64,000 nt of DNA from an uncultured Acidobacteriaceae bacterium (lineage in GTDB: Bacteria > Acidobacteriota > Terriglobia > Terriglobales > Acidobacteriaceae). The first letter of the stretch is position 1, and each line of letters opens with the position of its first letter. Made by a program: the position numbers and the translations under genes. The notes under the pieces were generated by a model. The model had not been told where the DNA came from, made no database searches, and saw nothing but the letters and a program-made list of their open reading frames with translations. This document shows, piece after piece, positions 48,737 through 57,884 of this stretch. The stretch lies in NCBI GenBank assembly GCA_963831085.1, contig CAWHOT010000002.1:986941-1050940 (forward strand), given 5' to 3'.

Positions 48737-50792
48737 CGGTGTTCTCCTTATTCTTGCTCGGGGGAGTTTCAGGCTTGGTGGCGTCTTCGGTTTCCGCGGC
48801 GCGCAACTCCTGGCGCATCTGGAAAGCTCGGGGCAGCCAGAGCAGGGTATGAACGCCACCGACCACGAATGTCACCAGGAGCAGCGTGGTCATGCCCCAG
48901 AAGGTATAGAACAGGAACGGGTACTTGCGCGGGTCGTGGTGGGTGGCGTGCGTCAGGTATCCGGCGAAGCGGCGGGTCGCGCCGGCATGGCATTTTCCGC
49001 AGGTGGCCGCGACGTTGGCCCGGCTGAGGTGAGAGCGTGGATCCGTCACCGCCAGCACGTCGTGAGCGCCATGGCAGTCATAGCACTTTGCCGCTTTCGT
49101 GTACCCCAGCTTCGAGACCTTCCCGTGATAGGTGTCAAAATAGGTCTCGGCAATCTGCTGGTGACAGCGTCCGCACGTAGTCATCACGTTCAGCCGGAAG
49201 CTGTTCTCATCGGTGCGGTGGATGGCATGAGCGGTATGGCAATCGTTGCACACTGGAAGTGACTTGCTGAACCCGCTCACTCGCTTGGCATGGATGCTGT
49301 TCTCGAACTGCTCCTCGATGCCGTGGTGGCACCTGCCGCACGTGGTCGGCACGTTGTTGGCGTTGACACTCGACGCCGGATCGGTCCGGGGAAGGATCTG
49401 GTGAGCGGTGTGGCAACTGGTGCAGGTCGCCGTCACCGTCAGGCCGTTCTTCAGTAGAGTTCCGTGAATGCTCTCCGTATAGTTGGCGATAATTTCGTGC
49501 TGCAGTCCGGTGTAGCGCACGGCAGCCTTCTGGCCCTCGCGGTGACAGCGCGCGCAAAGCACGGGAACATTGGTGGCAAAGGTCGACGATTGCGGATCCT
49601 GTTTGCCCAGGATGCCATGCGCGCCATGGCATTCCTTGCAGGTCGGGGCATTCGGATCGTTCTTGCCGTTCAGCTGTCCGTGGATGCTGGTGGCGTACAG
49701 CTTGCCAATTTCATCGTGGCAAGCGGTGCAGTCGACCCCGTGGATGATGGTCTCGCACGGGCGCACACGGGAGGCGTTGACCTCCGAGTGGCATTGGCTG
49801 CAGGCAACGTTGCGAAGTCTGCCAGGTTCCTCGCTGTGACGCGAATGGTTCACCTCGGTCATGTTGACGTACATGGATTTGCCGTCGCGCGCGCGACGCA
49901 GTTTCTCGTCGGCGTGGCAACGCATGCAGTCGGCATCGGCCATGCCCTGCGCATAGAAGACGTTCCTGATCTTATGGGGCTGATGGCAGTCCGGGCACGC
50001 GGGCAGAACGTTGGCCTGTTTTTCCCAGAGCTCTCCGCGAATTGTCTTCCGGTGGACCGATTCGATTTGCGAGTGGCACTTGGTGCAGGTGGCGGCAATG
50101 TTCCGGCGATTGATCGAGGAAGCGGGATCGGTATGCGGCAAGATCAGGTGCGGGGTGTGGCAGGTGGCGCAGTTCGGGGCCACCGACAGTCCCTTCTTCA
50201 GCAACGCCTCCCCGTGAATGCTCTCAGAGTAGTTCTCCAGAATGTTGTCCTGGGGAATAGTTCGGTTGCGCGAAACCGGAGTTCCTTCGCGATGGCACTG
50301 GCCGCAAACGAAGGGCACTCTCAACGCCGCCACGGCGGACCGGGGGTCCTTCACCGGAACGATGTCGTGGTTCCCGTGACAATTCACGCAGTGGGGCGCC
50401 AGCGCATCGCCGCGGGCAATCGCCTTCCCGTGGAGCGAGCGGGCATGTTGCTCCTGCTCGGTCGCATGGCACGTACCGCACTCGACCCGCGCCGGCGTTT
50501 CGTGGGGAAAGTCCTTCCCTGCCAGATCGGCGTGGCATCCGGTGCACCCGAAGCTGGCATGTACCGAAGTGGCAAATTTCTTTCCATCTACGTATAGCGA
50601 GACCGTTTTGCCGGCTCGCGTTGTGGTCATGGTCTTGTCGCCGTGGCACGCTAGACATTCCTCCCCCGGCTGATCGGCGGCGCATACGGGGCGTTCCAAG
50701 AACACGAGGGAGAAAACGGTGGCGACAAGCGTCGCAACGACGACTCCCAGACCAGCACACCACTTCCTTCGCGCAATTCTTATTTCAGCCAT
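48729..50792 (-). CDS. 19-heme c-type cytochrome with a C-terminal TM anchor
   Basis: N-terminal anchor/signal, 19 CxxCH motifs by hand count, repeated doubled-CxxCH modules (CxxCH..H.[IL]...DP.S.[VI]...N[IV]..TCxxCH), and a C-terminal TM (FWGMTTLLLVTFVVGGVHTLLWL). Confidence 0.85.
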   Translation of the reverse strand: MAEIRIARRKWCAGLGVVVATLVATVFSLVFLERPVCAADQPGEECLACHGDKTMTTTRAGKTVSLYVDGKKFATSVHASFGCTGCHADLAGKDFPHETPARVECGTCHATEQEQHARSLHGKAIARGDALAPHCVNCHGNHDIVPVKDPRSAVAALRVPFVCGQCHREGTPVSRNRTIPQDNILENYSESIHGEALLKKGLSVAPNCATCHTPHLILPHTDPASSINRRNIAATCTKCHSQIESVHRKTIRGELWEKQANVLPACPDCHQPHKIRNVFYAQGMADADCMRCHADEKLRRARDGKSMYVNMTEVNHSRHSEEPGRLRNVACSQCHSEVNASRVRPCETIIHGVDCTACHDEIGKLYATSIHGQLNGKNDPNAPTCKECHGAHGILGKQDPQSSTFATNVPVLCARCHREGQKAAVRYTGLQHEIIANYTESIHGTLLKNGLTVTATCTSCHTAHQILPRTDPASSVNANNVPTTCGRCHHGIEEQFENSIHAKRVSGFSKSLPVCNDCHTAHAIHRTDENSFRLNVMTTCGRCHQQIAETYFDTYHGKVSKLGYTKAAKCYDCHGAHDVLAVTDPRSHLSRANVAATCGKCHAGATRRFAGYLTHATHHDPRKYPFLFYTFWGMTTLLLVTFVVGGVHTLLWLPRAFQMRQELRAAETEDATKPETPPSKNKENTDA

Positions 50793-50811
50793 GTCAAACT
50801 CTCGACCATGC

Positions 50812-52260
50812 TTACTTCATGCCAAGATCCGTAAGTACTTTCGGGTTTGCCTCCTGAACCGCGAGCAGGTTGTGGCACGCACTGCAATCATTGGTGATGG
50901 TCTGGCCATCGGCGCTGGTGTGACTACCGTCATGGCAGCGGAAGCAACCCGGCGAATCGTTGTGTCCAAGATTATTGGGGTGAACACCCCAGGCCACACG
51001 CATGTCGGGGAAGACGTTACGCAGGTAGATATTCGCCACTTCCTGGCCGGCCTGTTCCACCACCGTGCGCCGCGTTTGATAGATCTGCGGGTAATTGGTG
51101 CGATAGAAATTGTTGAGTTCTTCCTTAATGGTGCGCTGCGCCACATCGCGGGCGGAGTAATTCGCTTTGAGAACCTCGACCGCCTTTTTCCGGATGAAGG
51201 GAAGCTCCGGGCTGATGCGCCCGTTCGCCATCTGCTTGTCCACCGCATTTTCCGGCAAGTCGAAGGCATGGGTGGGCCGGTTATGGCAGTCGACGCAATC
51301 CATCACGCGATGCTCTCCCTTGTCCATTTGCTGTTGAGTAGGCTTTGTATCAGTGGAAATGAATTCGGTGGTTTTTCCGTTTTCGTCGGTGTAATAGACG
51401 GCCGGGATCGTCTGCCGCCCGGGGTCAGTCGAAATGTAGCGGATGCGCTCGTTGTCGGCGAGGTGGCGCCCGTGGATGCCGACCGAACCCTGCCAGGCTA
51501 TCCCGCCCACTTTCAGCAGCAACACGTCCGTCTGGGGGGTATTTTTTTCGTCGTCCTTGTAGCTGGCATTCACCAGGAACTTGTCACCGGTAAAGCGCTG
51601 GGGCCAGTGACACTGCTCACAGGTCTCGCGCGCCGGCCGGAGGTACTTTACCGGCGAAGGAATGGGGCGCGAATAGGTGTGGAAGGTTACCGCGAAGACC
51701 TGCCGCAGTCCGGAAAGCTTCGAGCGCACAAACCACCCGGCCCCGGGTCCGATGTGGCAATCGACACATTCCACACGCGAGTGTGGAGAATTCTGATAGG
51801 CCGTGTACTCCGGATCCATCACGGTGTGACAGGTTCTCCCGCAGAAGGTCGTCGAATCCATGTACTGCACGCCGCGGTACGATGCGGTCCCGAAAATGAG
51901 CAGATTGAGCACAGTGGCCGCTGCCACGTACTCCAGAGTGCGGCGCACCACGGGCAGTCCCAGGTCGATGGCAGGGAAAATCGTCGGCAGTTCCCCGCTC
52001 GCGCGCAGAGTTCGCCGCCGGAGCCAGATGCCAAATGGAATCAGCAGCAGGCCGAGTACAAAAATACCCGGGAGAATCAGAAAGACCAGAAGGCCAATAT
52101 AGGGATGCGGCGGCCCCGGCAAGAAGACTTCATAGAACCAGAAGGCGATGGTGGTGAGCGCCGCGCTCGTCGTGACCACGGCACCGATAAGGGTGATAGG
52201 ATTCTGCCCCAGAAAATAGATGGGCTCCGACCACTCTCTGATGCGTTCTTGCAGAGTCAT
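50812..52260 (-). CDS. Inner-membrane multiheme cytochrome with 3 TM helices and a NapC/NirT-like quinol-dehydrogenase region (ImcH-like architecture)
   Basis: Three N-terminal TMs, then TTFCGRTCHTVMDPEYTAYQNSPHSRVECVDCH (NapC/NirT hallmark, but the first site is CxxxCH). Four further CxxCH motifs follow (CEQCH, CVDCH, CFRCH, CSACH). Confidence 0.8.
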   Translation of the reverse strand: MTLQERIREWSEPIYFLGQNPITLIGAVVTTSAALTTIAFWFYEVFLPGPPHPYIGLLVFLILPGIFVLGLLLIPFGIWLRRRTLRASGELPTIFPAIDLGLPVVRRTLEYVAAATVLNLLIFGTASYRGVQYMDSTTFCGRTCHTVMDPEYTAYQNSPHSRVECVDCHIGPGAGWFVRSKLSGLRQVFAVTFHTYSRPIPSPVKYLRPARETCEQCHWPQRFTGDKFLVNASYKDDEKNTPQTDVLLLKVGGIAWQGSVGIHGRHLADNERIRYISTDPGRQTIPAVYYTDENGKTTEFISTDTKPTQQQMDKGEHRVMDCVDCHNRPTHAFDLPENAVDKQMANGRISPELPFIRKKAVEVLKANYSARDVAQRTIKEELNNFYRTNYPQIYQTRRTVVEQAGQEVANIYLRNVFPDMRVAWGVHPNNLGHNDSPGCFRCHDGSHTSADGQTITNDCSACHNLLAVQEANPKVLTDLGMK

Positions 52261-52381
52261 TGGAAGCCGCTGCTCTCCTTATCCTCAATGCTGCGCTGGG
52301 TAGACACACGCCACACTTTGCCGCGGATTCTTAGCCGCCCTCGACCATCTTCCCAGTCTTTATGGCTAGAACCAGCCAGGA

Positions 52382-52693
52382 CTATTTTTTCAACGTGCGG
52401 ATGTAGGCCACCAGTGCCTTAGCGTCCACAGCTGGATACTTGGGCATCTTGTTCTTGCCGTTGGTGATGGCATCCGCGAGCTGCGCGTCCGTCATTTTCT
52501 GCACTTCTGCGGAGGTCAAATCCTGAGCGCCCATTTTCTTCCCCATGGGCGAACCGGTTCCGTCAGCGGCATGGCAGGCGACACATTTTGCTTTATAGGT
52601 ATCTGCCGCGCCTTGCGCATGCGCCGATAGGGGAAGGGCGAGAACAATCGCCAATGCTGTTGCGATAGTAAACAGTGTGATGTTGATTCTCAT
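52382..52693 (-). CDS. Monoheme class I cytochrome c (103 aa)
   Basis: Signal peptide MRINITLFTIATALAIVLALPLSAHA, CVACH, and a distal Met (NKMPKY). The start is set at the internal ATG with a GGAG RBS. Confidence 0.85.
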   Translation of the reverse strand: MRINITLFTIATALAIVLALPLSAHAQGAADTYKAKCVACHAADGTGSPMGKKMGAQDLTSAEVQKMTDAQLADAITNGKNKMPKYPAVDAKALVAYIRTLKK

Positions 52694-52798
52694 CGTCGAG
52701 CTCCATTCGAGTTTTGGTTGGCCCAGCATTTGGAACGAAATACATCTATTAAGCCGCATCCGCAACCCACAATATTGAAGGTTTCGCGGGCGAGGTTC

Positions 52799-52814
52799 TG
52801 TGATCCCGGTCACA
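52799..52814. promoter_or_regulatory. Perfect Crp-type palindrome TGTGA-N6-TCACA inside the cytochrome cluster
   Basis: TGTGATCCCGGTCACA lies in the 323-nt gap, ~106 nt upstream of the ATG at 52693. An AATATT -10-like element lies ~30 nt downstream of the site centre (class II-like geometry). Confidence 0.55.
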
Positions 52815-53016
52815 CTTGCGTGTACCGCGATGTTTTCCGAGGGCTGGAGGACGGAATGGCTAGCGACTGGAGCCGCCCTCGGCGATTTGCAGATCGAGGG
52901 CCACACGTTCGCCGTTGATTAGCACCGATAATCGAGCTGGGTTGCCAGAATGTCCTGACCGGCCAGGATCAAACTACTGGCTGGCAACGATCAGAATAAG
53001 GCCCAACCAACCAGCC

Positions 53017-53751
53017 TTACTTCTGTGCATAAACCATTCCGGCAGCATGATATGGAGGATCGGAGATCAGGCGGATGTATGCAATCAGGGCCTCGATCTC
53101 TGTCTTGCTCAGAGTATAGCCGTAGGGGGGCATCAATGCGGACTTGTTGAGCGCGGGGCCGCCATGGCTGATGATGGCGGTCAGATCGGCATCGCTCATT
53201 TTGTTGAGGGTGTCACCTTCGGTGAACGGGTGCGGCTTGACCTCGAGATTGTCGTAATTGGAAACCCGTTCCGCCGAAGACTCCGGGTTGTGGCAGCGGG
53301 CGCAATACTTGTTGTCGAGCTGAAATCCGACCTGCTGTTGATAGCCGAGTGCGATCTCTTCGACCTTCAGTTCGACCGACTTCTGAGCTTTCGTCGAAGT
53401 GCGCGCGGTGAGCTGATATCGGCCTGCCATGCCGCCCAGAACGACGTTCGTGCTTACCTGTCCGCTGGAATCGGTCAGGCCACTCGGTGGATCAAAGCTG
53501 ACGCCCGCAGGCCCGCTGAATTCGACCAGGGCTCCGGTGACGGCTGTTCCCTGTTCGTCGTTGACCTGGACGACCAGGGGTTGAGCGAGCACCATGCCGG
53601 TTGCGCCGATCTGCTTGCCTCCACTCGACTCCACCAGTGCCGCGCCAAACGCGGTCGGCTTTAGGGCGGAGGCTGGTCCTGGATTGCGCGTGCATTCTGC
53701 GCTGATGAGAATGAGGAAGACCATTAAGAGTATCCGCCAGCGTCTGGCCAT
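53017..53751 (-). CDS. Exported protein with an Ig-like (Big_1-like) domain plus a C-terminal monoheme cytochrome c domain
   Basis: The start ATG at 53751 lies 2 nt after the upstream stop. Signal peptide MARRWRILLMVFLILISA, beta-rich Ig-like middle, and CARCH with a class I c-like C-terminus. Confidence 0.7.
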   Translation of the reverse strand: MARRWRILLMVFLILISAECTRNPGPASALKPTAFGAALVESSGGKQIGATGMVLAQPLVVQVNDEQGTAVTGALVEFSGPAGVSFDPPSGLTDSSGQVSTNVVLGGMAGRYQLTARTSTKAQKSVELKVEEIALGYQQQVGFQLDNKYCARCHNPESSAERVSNYDNLEVKPHPFTEGDTLNKMSDADLTAIISHGGPALNKSALMPPYGYTLSKTEIEALIAYIRLISDPPYHAAGMVYAQK

Positions 53752-53753
53752 TT

Positions 53754-55835
53754 CTATTTCTTCGCCTCCTGTTTGCTGGAGCTTTTCTGCGTCATCAGGA
53801 ATGCGGTCAGAGCGCGGGCGTCTTCGTCGTTCATGTTTCGGTTGGGCTCGATGGTGCCGGGCCGCATGGTCTGCGGTTCCTTGAGCCAGTGGTAAACCCA
53901 CGCGGCATTCAGACGCGAACCTACTTGCGTGAGGGTTGGACCGATGTAGCCTTGGTCCGCCTTGGTATCAACGATGTGGCAGGACTGGCAGGCATACTTG
54001 GAATAGAAAAGCTGTCTTCCCTGCTCGACCTCGGCAGCCGGATAGCCGCTGGCCGGTATCGAGTCGCGATCGAATGCCGGAGTCTGACAAACGGTCATGA
54101 TGTAGTCGGTGAGCTCCTTCGCGTCGTCATCAGAAAGATTGAATTTCGGCATGCGGCGGATCAGCGCCGGACGCAGCGTACCGGGATTCTTCAAGAATGC
54201 CTGCAGCCATTGCCGCTGCACCGAGCTACCTTCCCAGGTCAAATCAGGAGCCATGTCTCCTCCGCGACCGTTAATCGAGTGGCAACTGAAGCATGCGAGG
54301 TCCGCCATGAGTTGTCCGGCTTTGCCTGCGGGCTCGTAATTCGAAGCCGGTTTCGCTGGCACGGTTAATGCCATGGGCAAGTCATGTGCCCGATCTGTGA
54401 GCGCGAGCAGCGCGGTCGTCAGAGCATCGATCTGCGCGGGGGCGAGGGTGAACTGCGGCATCTTCAATGCCGATCCAAACGAGCGCGGTTGCCGGATCTT
54501 GGCGGCAATGTAGTCCGGTATCGCGTGCGTCATTCCGGGCAGGAAAATGATCTGCGTCAGCGGTTTGCTTCCGATGCGGGTCAACTCGGGCGCGAAGTTA
54601 TCCGGTTTCTTGATACCGTTGATCTCGTGGCAGGAAGCGCAGCCGTACTCGGTCACCAGAAGTTTGCCGTGCGCAATCTGCTCCGGCGTGGCGGCGTCGA
54701 GATGCACATTGGCCAGCAGATCGGAATCAGTCTTGTTTCCGAGGAAGGCAGTGAGCAGAGAAAGTTGCGGATCGTTGAAACGATAGTGCGGCATTGCTGT
54801 TCCCGGATCGTAGACACGCGGATTGTGCAACCATGCCCGCAACCATTCCGGCTTCACCTTATTGCCGACCCGGGTGAGTTCCGGACCAACATCACCGCCC
54901 ACAACATTCCCAGCAGCATTCTGCACGGAGTGGCAGGAGGCGCAGAACGACTCGCCGTACAGGCTGGCTCCAGCAGTCGGATCAGGCGGCTTCTGATCTT
55001 TGTTCTTAACCTCGCCACCCGCCGCAACCGGCGCTGTGTCTCCCACGATCGGTGTGCTGTTGGCAATCAGGAAAGCCGAAATGTCGCGCGCGTCGGGATC
55101 GCTCAGTTTGAAATTCGGCATGGTCGCGGTAACGGCGTAGGCTTGAGGATCCTTCAGCCACGCATAAATCCACTCTCGTGTGGTCTTGTCGGCGACGTGC
55201 TCAAGCGACGGCGGATCGTCCGTCGGCTTCAGCGCGCTGCCGTCGGGCAGTTTGATGGTGTGGCAGTGCACGCAACCATATCGCGCCAGCAGATTACGTC
55301 CCAAGTTCAGTTGCGGTGTGCCGGTTAGAGGAGCGCGATGGCACTGCCCGCACGACGATTGGACATACCGCGCCGGCAAGATTGGCTGCTCCCAGGCTAG
55401 CGTGCTGCTGTGGGCTTCCTCGACGGTGGTCGCAGGCCCTTGCCCGCGGTGACACATCGCGCAGCCGAACTGGTCGAGCGTGTGCGGGATTACCGGATGC
55501 CGGCGAAACGGCTGGGTGCTGACATCGGCGAGACTGGCCTCTTTCAATCCGACGTGGCAGGTGGTGCAACGATCTACGACTCCGAGTTGCGGAAGCCATA
55601 TCTGCTGGATTCCGTCGTGTTCGCGAAAGTGGCGCTGCAGGGTTACCGCGTCTCCGCGGCTTGCAATCAGCTTCAGATACTGCTTCTGGTAGTGACGCCA
55701 TTCGCTGAAGTGGTTCTTGGCCGGCGCAATGCCCAGCGAAATCAATAGCAGCAGGCTGACCACGCCAAACGCGCGCACGGGATCGCCGAACAACGTTTGC
55801 CACAGCGAAGATAAAGTGCTCTTTGACGACGGCAA
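53754..55835 (-). CDS. Membrane-anchored octaheme c-type cytochrome of bc operon 2 (N-terminal multiheme part plus class I-like c domains)
   Basis: Eight CxxCH motifs (CTTCH, CAMCH, CGQCH, CVHCH, CASCH, CASCH, CFSCH, CQSCH). The listed TTG start at 55892 overlaps the upstream gene by 56 nt. The in-frame TTG at 55835 has GGAGG 7 nt upstream and lies 1 nt after the upstream stop. Confidence 0.8.
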   Translation of the reverse strand: MPSSKSTLSSLWQTLFGDPVRAFGVVSLLLLISLGIAPAKNHFSEWRHYQKQYLKLIASRGDAVTLQRHFREHDGIQQIWLPQLGVVDRCTTCHVGLKEASLADVSTQPFRRHPVIPHTLDQFGCAMCHRGQGPATTVEEAHSSTLAWEQPILPARYVQSSCGQCHRAPLTGTPQLNLGRNLLARYGCVHCHTIKLPDGSALKPTDDPPSLEHVADKTTREWIYAWLKDPQAYAVTATMPNFKLSDPDARDISAFLIANSTPIVGDTAPVAAGGEVKNKDQKPPDPTAGASLYGESFCASCHSVQNAAGNVVGGDVGPELTRVGNKVKPEWLRAWLHNPRVYDPGTAMPHYRFNDPQLSLLTAFLGNKTDSDLLANVHLDAATPEQIAHGKLLVTEYGCASCHEINGIKKPDNFAPELTRIGSKPLTQIIFLPGMTHAIPDYIAAKIRQPRSFGSALKMPQFTLAPAQIDALTTALLALTDRAHDLPMALTVPAKPASNYEPAGKAGQLMADLACFSCHSINGRGGDMAPDLTWEGSSVQRQWLQAFLKNPGTLRPALIRRMPKFNLSDDDAKELTDYIMTVCQTPAFDRDSIPASGYPAAEVEQGRQLFYSKYACQSCHIVDTKADQGYIGPTLTQVGSRLNAAWVYHWLKEPQTMRPGTIEPNRNMNDEDARALTAFLMTQKSSSKQEAKK

Positions 55836-55836
55836 G

Positions 55837-56553
55837 TTAGCTCCTCCAGGGCAACACCCAGGACCAACCTGGGCCGCGAAAGAAAGTGCCAACCGCCGTG
55901 AGCACGACCAGTTCGAACAGGAACCAGGTCATGATCCAGAACGAGAGTGGTTTGGAGGCCAGATAACCCCGGAAAGCCGAAGGCGATTGCGGAGAACTTT
56001 GCGCCGCCAGCACCATGAACCCGACAACGATCAGGGTCGGCACCAGCGCCACATACACATCAAACCACAATAAGAACACAGAGAGAGCAGCCGCGACTAC
56101 GTAGAAAATAAGCAGGCGACGCTTCCGATCCTTCAGGAACACGCCTTCGGCCTCGACATTGATGTTGAAATAGGGAATCACAATCAGCGCGATCATCACC
56201 AGCGTTGGAACCAGCACACCCGCTACCACCGGCGGAAAGTAGTGCAACATTTCCTGCAATCCGAGGAAGTACCAGGGCGCCTTGGCGGGGTTGGGCGTGT
56301 GAGAGGGATCGGCAATGCCCTCAAGCGGTGCGTTGAACATGAGAGACACGCCCACTAGCGCGATCGTAAGCACCTCAATGGCGACAATGACGCGGAAGAG
56401 GACTTCCGGATACGTCTGCACCTGATCTTCGTCCGTAACCTTGACCTGCGCGGAGGTTCGCCGGGTGACGAAGACAACACGGGTCGGCGACTTACGGGCG
56501 TTAGAGTCCATGCCGGCGATGAAATCTTTCCGATCGGTCTTCTTATCGCTCAT
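55837..56553 (-). CDS. Cytochrome b C-terminal part (subunit IV-like) of split cyt b, bc operon 2
   Basis: The start ATG overlaps the upstream stop (ATGA). [17 protein letters not shown] corresponds to the PEWY region. Several TM helices. Confidence 0.85.
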   Translation of the reverse strand: MSDKKTDRKDFIAGMDSNARKSPTRVVFVTRRTSAQVKVTDEDQVQTYPEVLFRVIVAIEVLTIALVGVSLMFNAPLEGIADPSHTPNPAKAPWYFLGLQEMLHYFPPVVAGVLVPTLVMIALIVIPYFNINVEAEGVFLKDRKRRLLIFYVVAAALSVFLLWFDVYVALVPTLIVVGFMVLAAQSSPQSPSAFRGYLASKPLSFWIMTWFLFELVVLTAVGTFFRGPGWSWVLPWRS

Positions 56554-57350
56554 TGGAGCTGCGCCTCCTGCGCGACGGCGGGCGGGGCTTTCGCCGCCGC
56601 CGTTCTTGGCTCGCTGTGGTGGGCGTAGAGGCCGCCATCTTTGCGAATGCGCCAGAAGTGTATTGCCACAAAAAGAATCGCAACCAGGGGCAGAATCATG
56701 CAGTGCAACACGTAAAAGCGCAGTAGAGCATTGGCGTTCACCATATTGCCGCCCAGCATCAGGAAGTGAACCTTGTTGCCCATCACCGGCACGGCGGAAG
56801 CTATATTCGAACCCACCGTGATCGCCCAGAAGGCCAGTTGGTCCCAGGGCAGCAGATAGCCCGTGTAGCTGAGCAGCAGCGTAAACAACAGCAGGATGAC
56901 TCCGATGACCCAATTGAACTCGCGCGGCGCCCGATACGCTCCGCGGTAAAACACCTTGAACATGTGGGCGAACACCAGGAAGACCATGGCATGCGCGGAC
57001 CAGCGGTGCAGGTTGCGCAAGAACAGGCCGGAGGACACCACGAACTGCAGATCCTTAGTGTCGGCGTAGGCCTGCGGCACCGAGGGATGGTAATAGAACA
57101 TCAGGGGAATGCCGGTAACGACCAATATAAGAAATGTCCCGAACGTCAGAGTGCCCAGATACCAGGTCGTGCTGAAGCTGAGCATTCGGGTGCGCACCTT
57201 GGTAGAGAAAAGGTGCAGGAACACGTTTTGCTGCACGGCGAGGGCGCGGCGCAGAGTGCTGGATCCGGTCCCGCTGCGGAATACGGAACGCCAAACGCGC
57301 GTGCCGCGCAACTCCTCGAAATAGGTCGCGATTGTTTTCACCACGCTCAC
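56550..57350 (-). CDS. Cytochrome b6-like N-terminal part of split cyt b, bc operon 2
   Basis: Four-helix pattern with two His pairs (..[11 protein letters not shown].. and ..[18 protein letters not shown]). Overlaps the Rieske gene by 4 nt. Confidence 0.9.
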   Translation of the reverse strand: MSVVKTIATYFEELRGTRVWRSVFRSGTGSSTLRRALAVQQNVFLHLFSTKVRTRMLSFSTTWYLGTLTFGTFLILVVTGIPLMFYYHPSVPQAYADTKDLQFVVSSGLFLRNLHRWSAHAMVFLVFAHMFKVFYRGAYRAPREFNWVIGVILLLFTLLLSYTGYLLPWDQLAFWAITVGSNIASAVPVMGNKVHFLMLGGNMVNANALLRFYVLHCMILPLVAILFVAIHFWRIRKDGGLYAHHSEPRTAAAKAPPAVAQEAQLQ

Positions 57351-57868
57351 ACCCTCACAAACTGCATGGGACGAATGGTGATGGATCGGTCCACCATCAA
57401 ATCGCCCTCGTCGCTGATCCAGGTCTGCAGCCAGGGCAGCGGCCTAGGCGCAGGACCTTCAATCTTTTCTCCGGGAGTTTTCCCGGGGCTCAGAACATAA
57501 AACTTGCTGCCATGGCAAGGACAAGCAATGATGCCCAACTCAGGCTTCCAAGCGGTCAGGCAGCCGAGGTGGGTACAGACAGCGCTCAGCGAAAAAAAGC
57601 CTTCTTGGGCGTGGATGAGATAGATACCTGAATTCACGTCCAGCGTCACCGAATTTAGGGCATAATTTTCCGGCTTGCCCGCGTTGACAATGGGAGAAGG
57701 CTCGTACAACACGTTTGGCGAGAGAAACTGGTACGAGAATGCGGCCGTACCGGCAGCGGCGATACTCAGCGATCCCAATCCCAGCTTCATGAAAAAGGCG
57801 CGGCGGTTGAAGTCGGTATTTGTTTCCGCTGCACCCTCCGCCGGCGTGTTTTTCTTCTCCTCGGACAT
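57347..57868 (-). CDS. Rieske [2Fe-2S] protein with Tat signal, bc operon 2
   Basis: [13 protein letters not shown] twin-arginine region; CTHLGC and CPCHGS boxes; GAGGT RBS. Confidence 0.9.
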   Translation of the reverse strand: MSEEKKNTPAEGAAETNTDFNRRAFFMKLGLGSLSIAAAGTAAFSYQFLSPNVLYEPSPIVNAGKPENYALNSVTLDVNSGIYLIHAQEGFFSLSAVCTHLGCLTAWKPELGIIACPCHGSKFYVLSPGKTPGEKIEGPAPRPLPWLQTWISDEGDLMVDRSITIRPMQFVRV

Positions 57869-57884
57869 TGTTTACCTCGAAAGG

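Noticed and set aside
50719-52422. Long antisense ORFs opposite well-supported genes (for example 50719..52422, 13443..14459, 15510..16391, 27670..28593, 46892..47638, 49464..50597, 54384..55328, 58143..59480).
   Set aside because: They are Arg/His/Gly-rich and low in complexity, have no motifs, and fully overlap genes with clear family signatures. These are typical shadow ORFs of GC-rich DNA.
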